Of a DNA stretch of 64,000 nt, positions 37,501-50,005 are shown in pieces (positions within the stretch are counted from its first letter, which is position 1; every line of letters begins with the position of its first letter). The stretch comes from Malacoraja senta. Lineage: Eukaryota. A program made the position numbers and the translations under genes. The stretch is from the NCBI GenBank assembly GCA_038087875.1, contig CM075985.1, positions 40,548,001 through 40,612,000 of the forward strand, read 5' to 3'. The notes below the pieces were generated by a model. It saw nothing but the letters and a program-made list of their open reading frames with translations, was not told the DNA's origin and ran no database searches.

Positions 37501-37789
37501 AAGACCAATAAAATTACTGATGTATTGCAAGTGGCTGGATTCAAAGCTATTTAAACTACTGAAGACAGGTTCTGACAGAAAACGTTACCTGTCCATTCCA
37601 TCCACAGATGCTGGCTGACTCACTGAGTTCCTCCAGTATTTCATTGCTCAGGATTCCAACATAGTCTACTTGTTTGAATAATACTGTTGTTTGGTATTTA
37701 TGTGATATTTTTGCATTAGAATTTCATGCTGAAATGTTTATACCTTGAACAAAGGGCAGTCACGGTAGTTCCGCACGATACCGTGAATG

Positions 37790-38030
37790 CAGTGCCGGAG
37801 TCCCGGGTTCGATCCCGAGGTCTGTACGGAGTTCGTACGTTCTCCCTGTGACCTGCGTGGGTTTTCTCTGAGATCTTTGGTTTCCTCCCACATTCCAAAG
37901 ACGTGCAGGTTTGTAGGTTAATTGGCTTGGAAAATGTAAAAATTGTCCCTAGTGGACGTTAATGTGCCACTGGTCAGCACGGACCCGGTGGGCCAAAGGG
38001 CCTGTTTCCATGCTGTATCTCGAAACATAG
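37790..38030 (+). mobile_element. HE1/V-SINE-like SINE
   Basis: cccgggttcgatccc..gttctccctgtgacctgcgtgggtttt..gggcctgtttccatgctgtatct. Confidence 0.85.
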
Positions 38031-38063
38031 CCACGTTGAACATTGCTGAAAAGGATAGTAAAA

Positions 38064-38390
38064 GCCTTGTCCCACTGTACGAGTTCATTCAAAGAGTTCT
38101 CCCGAGTTTGCCCTGATTCGATCGCGGAGATTTACGGTAGTAGCCACTCGTCGGTACTCGGGGCTCTCGTGGACATTTTTCAACACGTTGAAAAATCTTC
38201 ACGAGTCTTCCCGAGCTTACCTGCCCATAGCGAGTCTTCCCGAGTACCTGCCGTTAGGGTTATAAGCCGCAAAGAGGCGTCCCCGAGCTCCGACGTACAC
38301 GCTACGTTCATTATCCGTGCTTCCCACGAGTTAGATTTTGTTTTAAACTCGGAAGAGCTCTTGAATCAACTCGCATCGTGGGACAGGGCC
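38064..38390. mobile_element. Harbinger-like MITE, same family as 14414-14727
   Basis: gccttgtcccactgtacgag ... atcgtgggacagggcc TIRs and shared internal sequence. Confidence 0.8.
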
Positions 38391-39160
38391 ATAATTCATT
38401 AATGCTTGCAAGAATAATCATGTTAAAATTGACTTTAGTAAAATACAGAAAACGCTTTGCAATATGCAGTAGGTCATATGTGGGGAGGAAAGCAGAGCTA
38501 ATGTTTCCGGCCAGAGACCCTTCAGGACCGGGAAGGAGTAGAAAGAAGAATTGATGAACTGAAGATGCTGGTTAACAAAAACAGCCACAGTGTTGGAATA
38601 ACTCAGTGGGACGGGCAGCATTACTGGAGAACGTAGGATAGTGATGATTCAGGTCGGGACCATTCTTCAGACTGATTGTGAGGATAAATAAAGCTGGAAG
38701 AGAGGAGGGGCAGGACAAAGTATGGCAAATGATAGGTGATAGATACCACCATTACCGCCTCCTCACCCACGTTCACCTATTACATGCCCCTCCTCTGAAG
38801 AATGGTTTCAGCCCGAAACGTTGCCTATTTCCTTCGCTCCATAGATGCTGCCTCACCCCCTGAGTTTCTCCAGCACTTTTGTCTACCTCCTCTCATCCAG
38901 ATTCCTTCATCGCCCCCTCCCCATCCACACTGCCCATACAAACCTCCCATAATTAGTCTGAAGAAGGATCCTATTCCACAACAACATATATCCATGTTCT
39001 CCAGTGATACTGTCTGACCTGTCGAGTTGTCCCAGCACGTTGTTTCTTTTTCTTGGAGAAAAAAAGAAGCATGTTAAGTTGCAGGAAGTGTGGGGGAGGG
39101 AGAATGTCTTTCAAAGATAAACACAGAAAGCTGGAGTAACTCAGAGGGACATGCAGCATC

Positions 39161-40074
39161 ATCCGCTGCCTCGAGGATATAAAGTGTTGGATGGCCCAGA
39201 ACTTCCTCCAACTAAACGAGAGTAAGTCTGAGGTCATCCTTCTCGGACCCTCGAACTCAATCAAAATGATAGCAGGCAGCCTTGGAAGCCTTACCCCACC
39301 ACTCAAACCTCACGTCAAAACCTTGGCGTAATATTTGACTCAGCACTAAAATTTGACAAACAGGTCCATGCCGTGGTAAAAGCTAGCTTCTTTCAGCTTA
39401 GGACGATAGCTAAAATAAAACAATTCTTCCACTTTGATGACCTCGAAAAGAGCATCTACACATTTATCTCCTCCCGCCTAGATTACTGCAACTCCCTTTA
39501 CACTGGCATCAGCCAATCTTCCCTGTCCCGCCTGCAACTGGTCCAAAACGCCGCAGCGAGAATCCTGACGGGCACGCGAAAAAAAGACCACATCACCTCG
39601 ATCCTGGCCTCTCTCCACTGGCTCCCTGTGCGGTTCCGTATACATTTCAAGATCCTCCTTATGTCTACAAAGCCCTCAATGGGCTTGCCACCACCTACAT
39701 TAAAAGTATTCTCTCCCACCACTCCACCTCCAGGTCCCTCAGATCGGCCGACTTGGGGTTGCTGAATATCCCGGGGTTTAGACATAAGCTCAGAGGCGAC
39801 CGCGCCTTTGCGGTTGCAGCACCTAGACTGTGGAACAGCATCCCGCTTCCCATCAGAACTGCCCCCTCCATCGACTCCTTTAAGTCAAGACTAAAAACGT
39901 ATCTATACTCCCAAGCTTTTCTTGACGTCCTCTGAGCGAGGGCTATATGTATATATGTATGTAGTTTGTTTGTTTATACTATTCTTATAACAAATGTAAA
40001 GCACTTTGGCCAACGCCAGTTGTTTTTTAAATGTGCTATATAAATAAATGTGTCTTGACTTGACTTGACTTGAC
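39161..40074 (+). mobile_element. L2 LINE 3' fragment with (cttga)n tail, nested in a Penelope terminal repeat
   Basis: FFQLRTIAKIK, SRLDYCNSL, LQLVQNAAARIL, LASLHWLPVRFRIHFKILL; flanks rejoin as gcagcatc|tctggagagaagg. Confidence 0.93.
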
Positions 40075-40754
40075 TCTGGAGAGAAGGAATGGGTGACATT
40101 TCGGGTCGAAGCTCTTTTCCAGACTTTCAAAGCATTATCCGGTAGAATTTAATGAGATAGACATCTGTTTTTGGTCAAATGCGTTATCTGAAAGCTGAAT
40201 GTAAATTGCACTGTTAAGGCTTTACAATACTTAATTGGTTAAAATGTGCATTAGGGTTAGATCACAGCATGTCTCAATTGCATGTCAACCCAGTATCATA
40301 AAAACAACTGCTGTAGGAACTCAGGTGGTAGAAGAACATCTTTGTAAGTAGGAACTGCAGATGCTGGTTTACACTGAAGATAGACACAAAATGCTGGAGT
40401 AACTCAGTGGGTCGTGCAGCATTTCTGACAAAAAGAAATAGGTGACGTTTCAGGTTGAGACCCTTCCTCACATCTTCAAGAGTCAAGAGTGTTTTATTGT
40501 CATATGTCCCAGATAGGACAATTAATTTCTTACTTGCTGCACAACAGAAGGGAATGAAATTTGGAGGGAATTAAATTTTTCACAATGATTTTTAACTGGT
40601 ACAGTAAATCATTTCTATTATTAATAAACCATTTCCTGTGGTATGTAGTAATATTTTCAAATCAATATTTGAAATGACATAAGACCAAGACTGCATGAGA
40701 AGTCATCTTCTGATACAGTTTAGGATTTGGCAGGAAATGCTAAAAATATGGTTT

Positions 40755-41055
40755 GGCCCGATGGTGCAGCGGCTGATCTGCTGCCTTACAGTGCAAGGGA
40801 CCCGGGTTTGACCCTGACTACGGTTTCTGTCTGTATGGAGTTTGTACGTACTTCCCATCCCATGACCGGTGCGGGTTTCCTCCGGCTGCTCCTGTTTCCC
40901 CCCCACACGCCAATGACATACCAATTGCGTTACTAAAATGCTAAATTGTCCTAAAGTGTGTGCATCGAATAGTGATAGTGTGCGGGGATCACTGGTCGGC
41001 GTGGAATCGGTGGGCTGAGGACCTGTTTCTGCACTGTATCTCTAAATCAAACTAA
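40755..41055 (+). mobile_element. HE1/V-SINE-like SINE
   Basis: Head gatggtgcagcgg..cccgggtttgaccctgac; tail ctgtatctctaaatcaaactaaa. Confidence 0.82.
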
Positions 41056-41639
41056 ATACCCAGAAAGCATGGACAATGTTAAGCTTAAGGAGAGCAAATC
41101 TGAATTTACATTCTGGACCTTCATCATTTATTTCGGCAACTAAAATGCAGCAATTTTATTTACCTCCACAGACGCTGATGGATCATATTTCTGTCAAGTT
41201 TATAGCACCACGTCATTATTTTACCTTCTTTTCTACTGAAAACGGCAAGGTTGTTTGGTCGTTTTTATACTGTAATCATAACCTAGAACATGGGTCTTTT
41301 GCTGATTAATATTGAGAGTCGAGTCCAGCAATACATTCCTCAGGGCTAGAGCAATTATGCTCTTGACCTGCTGTGAATGTATCAGAGAGAAGAGTAAGGA
41401 TGTGTAAAAGTGTAGTTATGCCTGCTGAAGTATGTACATTTTGAGAAGGGAGGGAAATCACCAGTTCAGAAGACATTTAACAATGTTACACTTAAAGCGT
41501 TTATAAATATTTGTGAGGTCGGTTCAGGTTATTTGATTGGAAGGTAATTTTCCCCGAGTGAATGTGGGTGGTAGGAAAATTGAGAGGGAAGGGAAGTTAA
41601 TGGGAATGTGAGTTTAAATAGAAACATAGAAACATGGAA

Positions 41640-41890
41640 AATACTGTCGGTGCAGGAGTAGGCCATTCGGCCCTATGCAACATGATCATCCAAAATCAGT
41701 ATCCGATTTCTGCTTTTTCCCCATATCATTTGATTCCATAGCCCTAAGAGCTAAATCTAACTCTCTCTTGAAAACATCCAGTGAATTGGTTCCACCGCCT
41801 TCTGTGGCAGAGAATACCACAGATTCACAACTCGCTGGTTGAAAACGTTCTTCCTCATCTCAGTTCTAAATGGCCTACTCCTTCGTTTTA
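41640..41890 (-). mobile_element. CR1 LINE 3' end
   Basis: (atagaaac)n reverse tail and ccttctgtggcagagaat..cacagattcacaac. Confidence 0.8.
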
Positions 41891-42029
41891 AACTGACACC
41901 TGGTTCTGGACCCCCGCAACAGTTGCACAGTTTTATGTGGGATTAGTTAGTGCTTGACCGCTCGCACATACACAAGTTTCTGTGTTCGATGACTTTATTT
42001 TCCTCAGAGTTTTGATACAGACGTTGATA

Positions 42030-42330
42030 GTTTAGTTTAGAGATACAGAGCACAAACAAGCCCTTCGGCCCACCGAGTCCGCACTAGCCAGCGATTCCCG
42101 CACTATCGCTACCTTAACGCACACACTAGGGACAATCTAATATTTACACCAAGCAAATTAACCTACAAACCTGTACGTCATTGGAGTGTGGGAGGAAATC
42201 AAAGGTCTTGGAAAAAACCCATGCAGGTCACGGTGAGAACGTACAGACAGCACCTATAGTCAGGATCGAACCCATGTCTCTGACGCTGTAAGGCAGCAGC
42301 TCTACCTCTACTGCACCGTGCCGCCCATAA
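42030..42330 (-). mobile_element. HE1/V-SINE-like SINE
   Basis: Full reverse-complement copy. Confidence 0.85.
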
Positions 42331-44496
42331 TAATGCTGCCCAAAGGAACAGTTTCCTTGTTTTTCAATCATCAATATTCTCACCATAATGGGCCATAAAA
42401 AAGTACTTCCTGTAGAAAACGTTCAGTAAATTGGGGAGAAAAGATTAAAAATAATTGTTAAATTAAATTGTAAAAGACAATGTCAAAATAAAACAAATGT
42501 GATCTATGAACTAGTTGATAGCTGCCTTACCTCAGCCACCATCCACTGAATGCTGCCGAGTGGTATATTTGTGGGATACTTTGTAGGATTACATGGAATA
42601 AAAATATACATCAAACATAATTGATTTAATTTGCACACAGGATGCCAGGTTTTATTTACACTCTATTTGTATACACAGAACAATGCTGCACAAGGCAGGA
42701 TGTATAGGAAGGAACTGCTGAAGCCGGTTAAAACCGAAGATAGACTCAAAAAGCTGGAGTAACTCAGCGGGACAGGCAGCATCTCTGGAGAGAAGGAATG
42801 AGTGACGTTTCTGGTCGAGACACTTTTTCAGACAGGATTTTCTGCCCATGAGATCTAGGCCGACCGTGAAGCCTATTAAATTAATTCCACGTCACCATGT
42901 GGTTTATAGTCCTCTATTTCCTGCTTGTTCATGTGTGTGTCTGCATATCCTCATATATTGTGCTGTAGTATCTGCATCCACCTTTTCTGGGAGTGTGTTC
43001 CACGCACCTACCACGTTCTGTGTCCCTAAGTAGCCTCTTGTGCATCGGCATAAACTGGACGACCATTTTAAAAAGCACGCATTCTGTCTGTCAACACCTG
43101 CTGGATCTCCCAGCTGCTAACCCTTTCAACTCCCCTTCCCAGTACCAGACCAACCTTTAGCTTCTTCCATTGCCAGAGGGAGGACACATGAAATCTGGAG
43201 GAGCAGCACACCATGTTCTACTTGGATAGCTTACAGTCCATGATATGAACATTGAATTGCTTAATTTGAGGCAATACCCTCCCCTCCCACCCCTCCCCCC
43301 CCCCCCACACCCGCTCTTTCCTGTCCACCCTGGGTGTGCACCTATTTCTCCCATTACCACCCACCCTCCCAATCACTCAGTTCCATTCCTCGTTCTTTAT
43401 GCATCTCCCCTCCTCAATTTTCTCATTACACTTTTATCCCCTATCTCTCTCCTCCCCCTGTCTCGTTCCACCTATGGCCCTTCATCTGGCTTTAGCTTTC
43501 ATTCCTCTTATCTCCTTACATGACACCCTTTGTCTCTTGTGTAAGAAGGAACTGCAGACTCTTCGTCAGACCCTTGGTCGCCTTTTCACCTATCTACTTA
43601 TGAAAATCTGTTCTTAAGTCGCACCAGCTTCTCATTTTCACCCAACAAATAGTTTACAATGGCCTGTTTCCCTTATCATCGTTACGTTTTTGCATATCTT
43701 TCATTCATTGTTCTTTTTCTCTCTACATCATTGTCTATATCTGTTTTTCCCTTATCCCCAAAAAAACGATGGGTGATACTGGGTGAAACTTCAGACTGAT
43801 GTTTCGGGTTGGGACCCTTCTTCAGACTAACCCTGCTTGAGACTGAAGTAGTGTCCTGACCCGAAGTGCCATCCAGCCTTTTTCTCCAGAGATGCTGCCG
43901 GTCTCGCTGAGTTACTTTAGCACTTTGTGTCTAAGGTTGATAATTAGTTTTTTATCAAGATTTTTTGGTGATGTTAATTTCTGCAGGTTCACAGGGGAGA
44001 CTGTGAGAGTAAACAGTTGAAAAACTAGTCTAGCAGGAAATGTGTTGTATTTGCGTAAGTGTAAATGTGGGGCCTCTCCAGTGAAATGAGAGGGGAACTC
44101 CCTGACAAAGGGGGATGTGGTGAACTATCAGAAAGTCACCAGGAGGTCATATCAAAACAGAAGTTAAATTTTACATTCATATTTTTAAATTCTGCTCTTG
44201 ATGTACTGGCGTGGTGCAAACCGATTTAGACAACCTACTGTATATTGCAGCTCAAGATGATATAGAGGTATAGCATTGGAACAGGCTCTTCAGCCCACCA
44301 TGTCCACGCTGAACAGCGATCCCCGTACGGTAGCTATATCCTATACACTAGCAACAATTTATAATCTTTACCAAAGCCTATTTTACTTCTGAGTCACGTG
44401 AGTGACTACGTGAAGAAGGCCGTCAGCATGCATGCGCGTCATTACGTCTAACGCATTGAACAACGACTGGCTGGCAGGCGCGTAGCTCCTCCAGCG

Positions 44497-44558
44497 GTAA
44501 ATTTCAAACCTGCAGGTAAGTTTTAAACATATTTCCAGGTTCTGTTTTTTGTCTTGCA
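44497..44558 (+). other. Putative 62-nt GT-AG intron in the DIRS-B 5' leader
   Basis: gctcctccagcg|GTAAAT ... tttttgtcttgcAG|g; same exonic context and length as DIRS-A. Confidence 0.5.
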
Positions 44559-45879
44559 GGAAGTTCTTTTAAAGAGTTTTTCCTGCTGGATATAGTTCGG
44601 GGCGAAGTCCGAACGGGCCGCGGGAAATCCGGTTATGGACCATGGGGAGATCCCGGTCACGCACCGCGGAAGCGCGTGTAGCCGACGGCCGTCTGGTTTG
44701 CTACCCATGTCGCTGACAATGCGGTCAGCGGCTCCCAGACCGCTGTGGTTCCCCAGAAAGGGGGTAAATCCAAGAATAAGTCGGTTAGGCCTATGGACTC
44801 GGAGGAGTCAGGCCAGGCGGGTTCCCCTCCGACATACCTGGGTACGTCCTCGGACGTTTAACCCAGGTGGAGCATGGATAGCGCACTCGGGCATTTATCC
44901 CACAAATGTGGTGCTCAATCATGATATAGGTCCGTAGAAGGGGCCACATCAGCGCATGTATCCTCAGAGGCCTGCGGCAGCACCAGTTTCAGGGCTTCTT
45001 ACGAATCTCCCTCCCTGTGGAGGGTAGTGCGAGTGGTCAGTGTGTAACTGACTTCAAGTTCGGAAGTATGTCCGTGGAACATACTGGGGCACATGCGTAT
45101 GGCTTCAAGGGAATCCTCGCAAACGAAGGTGTTGCTGCCGGATGAGTTGGTTCCAGCCATTGGCAGAAAACCCGGAAGGGGCCAGAGTTCCCCTCACGCT
45201 ACAAGCTTTGCTAGCATCAGCTACCTCACGTCACGTCATTACATGAACAGGTGACAGCTGTAAGATACCATGCACCTGTAAATTGTTCCTGAAAGTGCCG
45301 GTAGTGAGCAGCGCTATCAGGGGTGACATTGGAGGGGGCATGACAACTCAGGAAATGAAACCAGCCGCCGAATCTTCTATTCAGATAAGACCTATCCAAC
45401 AGGTAAGACCTGGATGAAGAAGCAAAAGCTGTCGGACTAATCATGGTACAAACGACGAGCAAAGCTTCATCGTTTCAGCGACGAAACACCCCACGCCTCC
45501 ATCGGCAGTAAGCGGTTCACTGAAGCCGGTGGAAGTTTGTAAGCTGGGCAGAGGTCTTTCAGGCCAAGGCGCAAGCCGGTCTCAGGTAAAATATTAAATC
45601 CATGTACCCTACCAGTCCTACTCTCCAATCAAGGACGGAAATAGAACCCGCATCAGGGTCCTTTGAGCTTACCATAAGACCACCGGTAACCATGGAGGTA
45701 GGTGGTCTCGTTCTTTCCGAAACAAGAGATATGTGGACCATTTACAAGTTGGTAATATTTACACTTGTTATTTGTACAAATGCCAATGATAACATGAGAT
45801 TCAGATCCGTTTATAAACTAAAATTATAACATGTGATTAGTTTATACTGCACAGTATACAAGGGTTCCAAGCAGGCTTG

Positions 45880-46215
45880 GAATTGTGGCCAAAGTTCTCT
45901 TTCGAGGCAGGCTCAGTATTATGGCCAGGTTTGCCTTTCGAGACAAGCTCGGAAATATGGCTAGAGTTGTCTTTCGAGGCTGGCTCAGAATTATGGCCAG
46001 AGTTGTCCTTCGAGGCAGGCTCAGTATTATGGCCAGGATTGCCTTTCGAGACAGGCTCGGAAATATGGCCAGAGTTGTCTTTCAAGGCAGGCTCGGAATT
46101 ATGGCCAGAGTTGTATTTCGAGGCAGGATCAGTATTATGGCCAGGATTGCCTTTCGAGACAGGCTCGGAAATCTGGCCAGAGTTGTCGTTCGAGGCAGGC
46201 TCGGGTTTATGGCAG
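45880..46215 (+). repeat. 36-bp tandem repeat (~9 units) inside DIRS-B pol
   Basis: ttcgag recurs at 45901, 45937, 45973, 46009 and onward; translates as 12-aa repeats EAGSELWPELSF. Confidence 0.95.
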
Positions 46216-49200
46216 GCGGGGCCTGTTCATTGAGAAAGATGGACGATGTCGGTTCATCCTTCATTTAATTCGCATTTGCAGTATGGACATTTCAGAATAG
46301 GAAACTTCGTTACTGTCTAACAACTGATTTGCATAGGAACTTTATGGCATGCATCGATCTCAAAGATACATACTATTCAGTTCCCATTCACATGGATCAC
46401 CGGAGATATTTGAAATTTATCTGGATGGGTGAATGATAACAGTTAAAGCGTTGCAAAATGGGCTAACTTCAGGTCCCAGGTTATTTACCAAATTACTAAA
46501 ACCGGTGCTTGGACTGCTCAGAGCTAAAAAAAATCCCACCTGTTATGGCCTAGCTGGATGATATTCTAAACGCTGTATTTTGCTAAAATTAACTTTCAGC
46601 CGCAAATTATATTTAGGAAATTCGGGTTTCTCATCCATCCAGTTCAATTTAAGTTGATACCAACTAGAGTTATTGATGATTGGGATTTACCTTTAACTAT
46701 TAATTTGTCTGTGACTCCGCCCTAAAGCAAGAGATTGGAATTAATAGGAGCCTGCAACAACCTTGTTGTTATGAAGCAGCCTTCTATTCATCAAGTGTAA
46801 TTGGCAATATAGTAGCTATGTTTCAGCTGTGCAAGTTGGGCCTTTGCATTATCAGAACTTACAAGGTGCAAAGGAGTAACCTCTCAAGTACCATGTAGGT
46901 CATTTTTAACAGACCTATGCTATTACCAGCTGAAGCTACCAATGTCACAAAGGTGGACGACCAGTATTCGGCATTGCTCCAGTAATTATGGTCAGTAAAT
47001 CTTCAGTTATATTACAAACTGATGCTAGTGCTCAAAGATGGAAAATTTCGAATGCCATCTCTAGTTACGGAGGCGGATGGAATTTGCATGAGTTACCAAT
47101 TCTTCAGTTATTGGTATCAACTACCTATAGACACTAGGTGCATTCTAATGGTTAAAGGATTATTGTGCGAATATGCATAATCTGCATGCTCAACTCCAAG
47201 TTGATACACTGTGGTGGTGGCATATGTTAGTCACATGGGTGCAATCAAGTCAAAGTATCCTGTGATAATTTACCTAACCTCATTTGGCGCAGGTGTATCA
47301 TCACGTAAAACCAATGACAACACAGAATGGATGTTGGATCACAAAGTATTTTATGACATTATGGCTCGATGGAACACCGAATATCGATATGTTTGCATCC
47401 AGGCTCATTCACCGGTTGCAAAAATATGTGGCATATCAGTGGCGAGAGGTACATTCTCGCTACACGGGAGAGGAATGTTCTTTTATGTCTTTCCTCCATT
47501 TTGCCTCATCAGTCGGGTCTTGCAATAAATCCAGCAAGATCCCGCGTAAGGTTTCCGTACTGTCTGACTGGCCTATGCAGCCATGGTTCCCGCGAATGTT
47601 GGGAATAATAATAGAACCTTATATGCTTTATCTAAACATAAAACGTTGCAGGTTCAGCCTGTGACTCGGGAAACCAGCCTCTGCATGATAAAACCAATTC
47701 ATTGACTTGCAGACTCTGAGAAGACTGTTCCTGCGGCTCGGGTTGTCAGACCGATCCATGTGTGTGCTCACTGCAGAGTGGAGGGATAGCACCAAAAAAT
47801 CAGTACATTTCCACTTCAGGAGATGGGAAGAGTTTTGTTTAAATGCTAATGTTACACATAATACGGCACAGATAACTGACGTCTTGGAGTTCATTTTCAA
47901 ATAGGTCTTTGACAATAAATTAAGTTATAGTGCCATTAACTGTGCCAAGCGTGCCTTCTCATCATATTTGCTGCAGCGAGCGGGACCCACTCTGTCGGGT
48001 CTCACACTCTGATATCCAGATTTATAAAGGATATCTTTAACACAAATTCTCCCAGGCCCAGGTACACGGAAGTATGGGATATTGACATTGTGTTAACACT
48101 ACTACATAAGGTAGTTACCCTCATGGCCCCGGTCTCAGCGTAACGGGTCCAGTCACTACATAAATTGCGACTGGACAGGATGGTTACATCTGCAAATAAT
48201 ATAATATTTTATGTTTATGATTTAATTAAGCAGAGCAAACCAGGGGCGTCAGGTCTCAAGCTAGTCTTCATGGCATACCCCTTGGACCTTCGGTTATGTG
48301 TGGTCACACATTTACAACAATACGTCATGGTCAACAAGAGCCTTAGAAGCTCTAAACTAGCAAGGTTTGTTAAAACGGGGTTTTGGCTTATGCAGGAGTA
48401 GATACGAATATTTTCAAATCTCACTCCACCCGGGCTGCTACAACATCAGCAGCAAGGGTTATGTACGTTCCGCTGGACCGCATCCTATCGGCTGCAGGAT
48501 GGTCAAACGAACGAGCTTTCCAAACATTTTAAAATAACCCATTGCCAGACCGGGGGTATTTGCCAACTCTATTTTAGATTCAAATTTATAGTTTCCTATC
48601 GGATGAGACGGGTTACTATTATTATTATTTGTTCATTAAGAAGCATCAGTATGTTTTAAATCTATGTCATTTCTGTATGCATTATGAATGTTTCCCTTAT
48701 CTGTGGTCAACTGATGCAGTTGTGCTTGTGTGGACTCGTTTTCACGGCATGAAATCATAGAGCTTTGAAATCTTCACGTGACTCCGAAGTAAAATAGTAA
48801 GATTAAACGAGAACTTACCAGTTTGAAGTTTGATCTTTATTTTATGAGGAGTTACGATGAGCGATTACGTGCCCTTCGCTCCAAACCATCGTATCATAAA
48901 GATCACTCGGTAGTTCTAGTTCTCTCAAATCTTACTATATTCAGTTCAACAACTGTGTTCTGTGATTTCACACCGCTGCTTTGAAAGTTGACGCGCATGC
49001 GTGCGGACGGCCTTCTTCACGTAATCGCTCATCGTAACTCCTCATAAAATAAAGATCAAACTTCAAACTGGTAAGTTCTCGTTTAATCTTACTATTAAAC
49101 TACAAATTAGTCTTTGGAGTATGGGAGGAAATTGGAGCACCCAGGGAAAACCCACAGGTAGAATGTAACAACTCCATACAGACAGCACCCAAGGTCAGGA

Positions 49201-49712
49201 TTGAACCGGGTGGTCTCTTGAGCTATAAGGCAGTAACTCTACCGCTGTTCCACTGTTACCCTTGTTTGGGGGATCATGACAGAAGCCTCCTCCTGGCAAT
49301 CCCCGGAACCGGCGACAACAATGCACTCTGTGACGCGTCGGGCGATCAATTCTGTCAACATGTTGGACGACGACAGGAGCCAACAGAGAGCTACATGTCG
49401 TCTGACACACGAGTGAATGAACCGTAATCAACTGAAGGTTACGACATAAATATGATGTGAAGCAACTAATTGAGAAAGCAGCATAGAGAGTGCAGCATAG
49501 AAACAAGCCCTTTGACCCACCAAGTCCATGCCAACCTTTTTGGTACCTGATCTGTTTTTATCTTCCTGATATTTCCAATACCTACCCTTAGATTTTACTA
49601 TTTAACGACACACGGAGTAATGTATGGTGGACTGTGAACCGAATAACTGCCGTGACTTACCTTTGTGGGTGGAATATCAGAATATCAAATTATTTCCTAA
49701 TGTTGATCAGTA

Positions 49713-50005
49713 CGGGCGGCACGGTGGGGGCAGTGATAGAGTTGCTGCCTTGAAGTGCCAGAGCCCCGGGTCCAATCCTGACTATGGGTGGTGTCTGTAG
49801 GGAGTTTGTACATTCTCCTCATGACCAGTGTGGGTTTTCTCCAAGATCTTCAGTTTGCTCCCACACTCTAAAGAAGTTCAGGTTTGTAGGTTAATGGGCT
49901 TGATATAAATGTAAATTGTGTGTAGGATAGTGTTAATGTGCGGAGATTTGTGCAGACTCGTGCTGAAGGGCCTGTTTCCATACTGTATCTCTAAACTAAA
50001 CTAAT
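49713..50005 (+). mobile_element. HE1/V-SINE-like SINE
   Basis: gggcggcacggtgg head to ctgtatctctaaactaaactaa tail. Confidence 0.88.

Larger units (their letters stand above)
44380..49096 (+). mobile_element. DIRS1-like retrotransposon (DIRS-B), related subfamily, heavily decayed
   Basis: Left ITR 44380-44441, ICR 48772-48871, right ITR plus extension 48989-49096; remnants EKDGRCRFIL, CIDLKDTYYSVP, DNTEWMLD, IDMFAS, VFPPFCLI, PRPRYTEVW, LSAAGWSNERAF. Confidence 0.93.
44270..49255 (-). mobile_element. HE1-like SINE split by DIRS-B (halves 44270-44379 and 49097-49255)
   Basis: Flanks rejoin as ccaaagcct-att-aaactacaaa, matching the SINE motif ccaagccaattaacctacaaa. Confidence 0.85.

Noticed and set aside
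45880-46215. CRISPR-like 36-bp repeats
   Set aside because: Units are contiguous with no spacers and lie inside a retrotransposon
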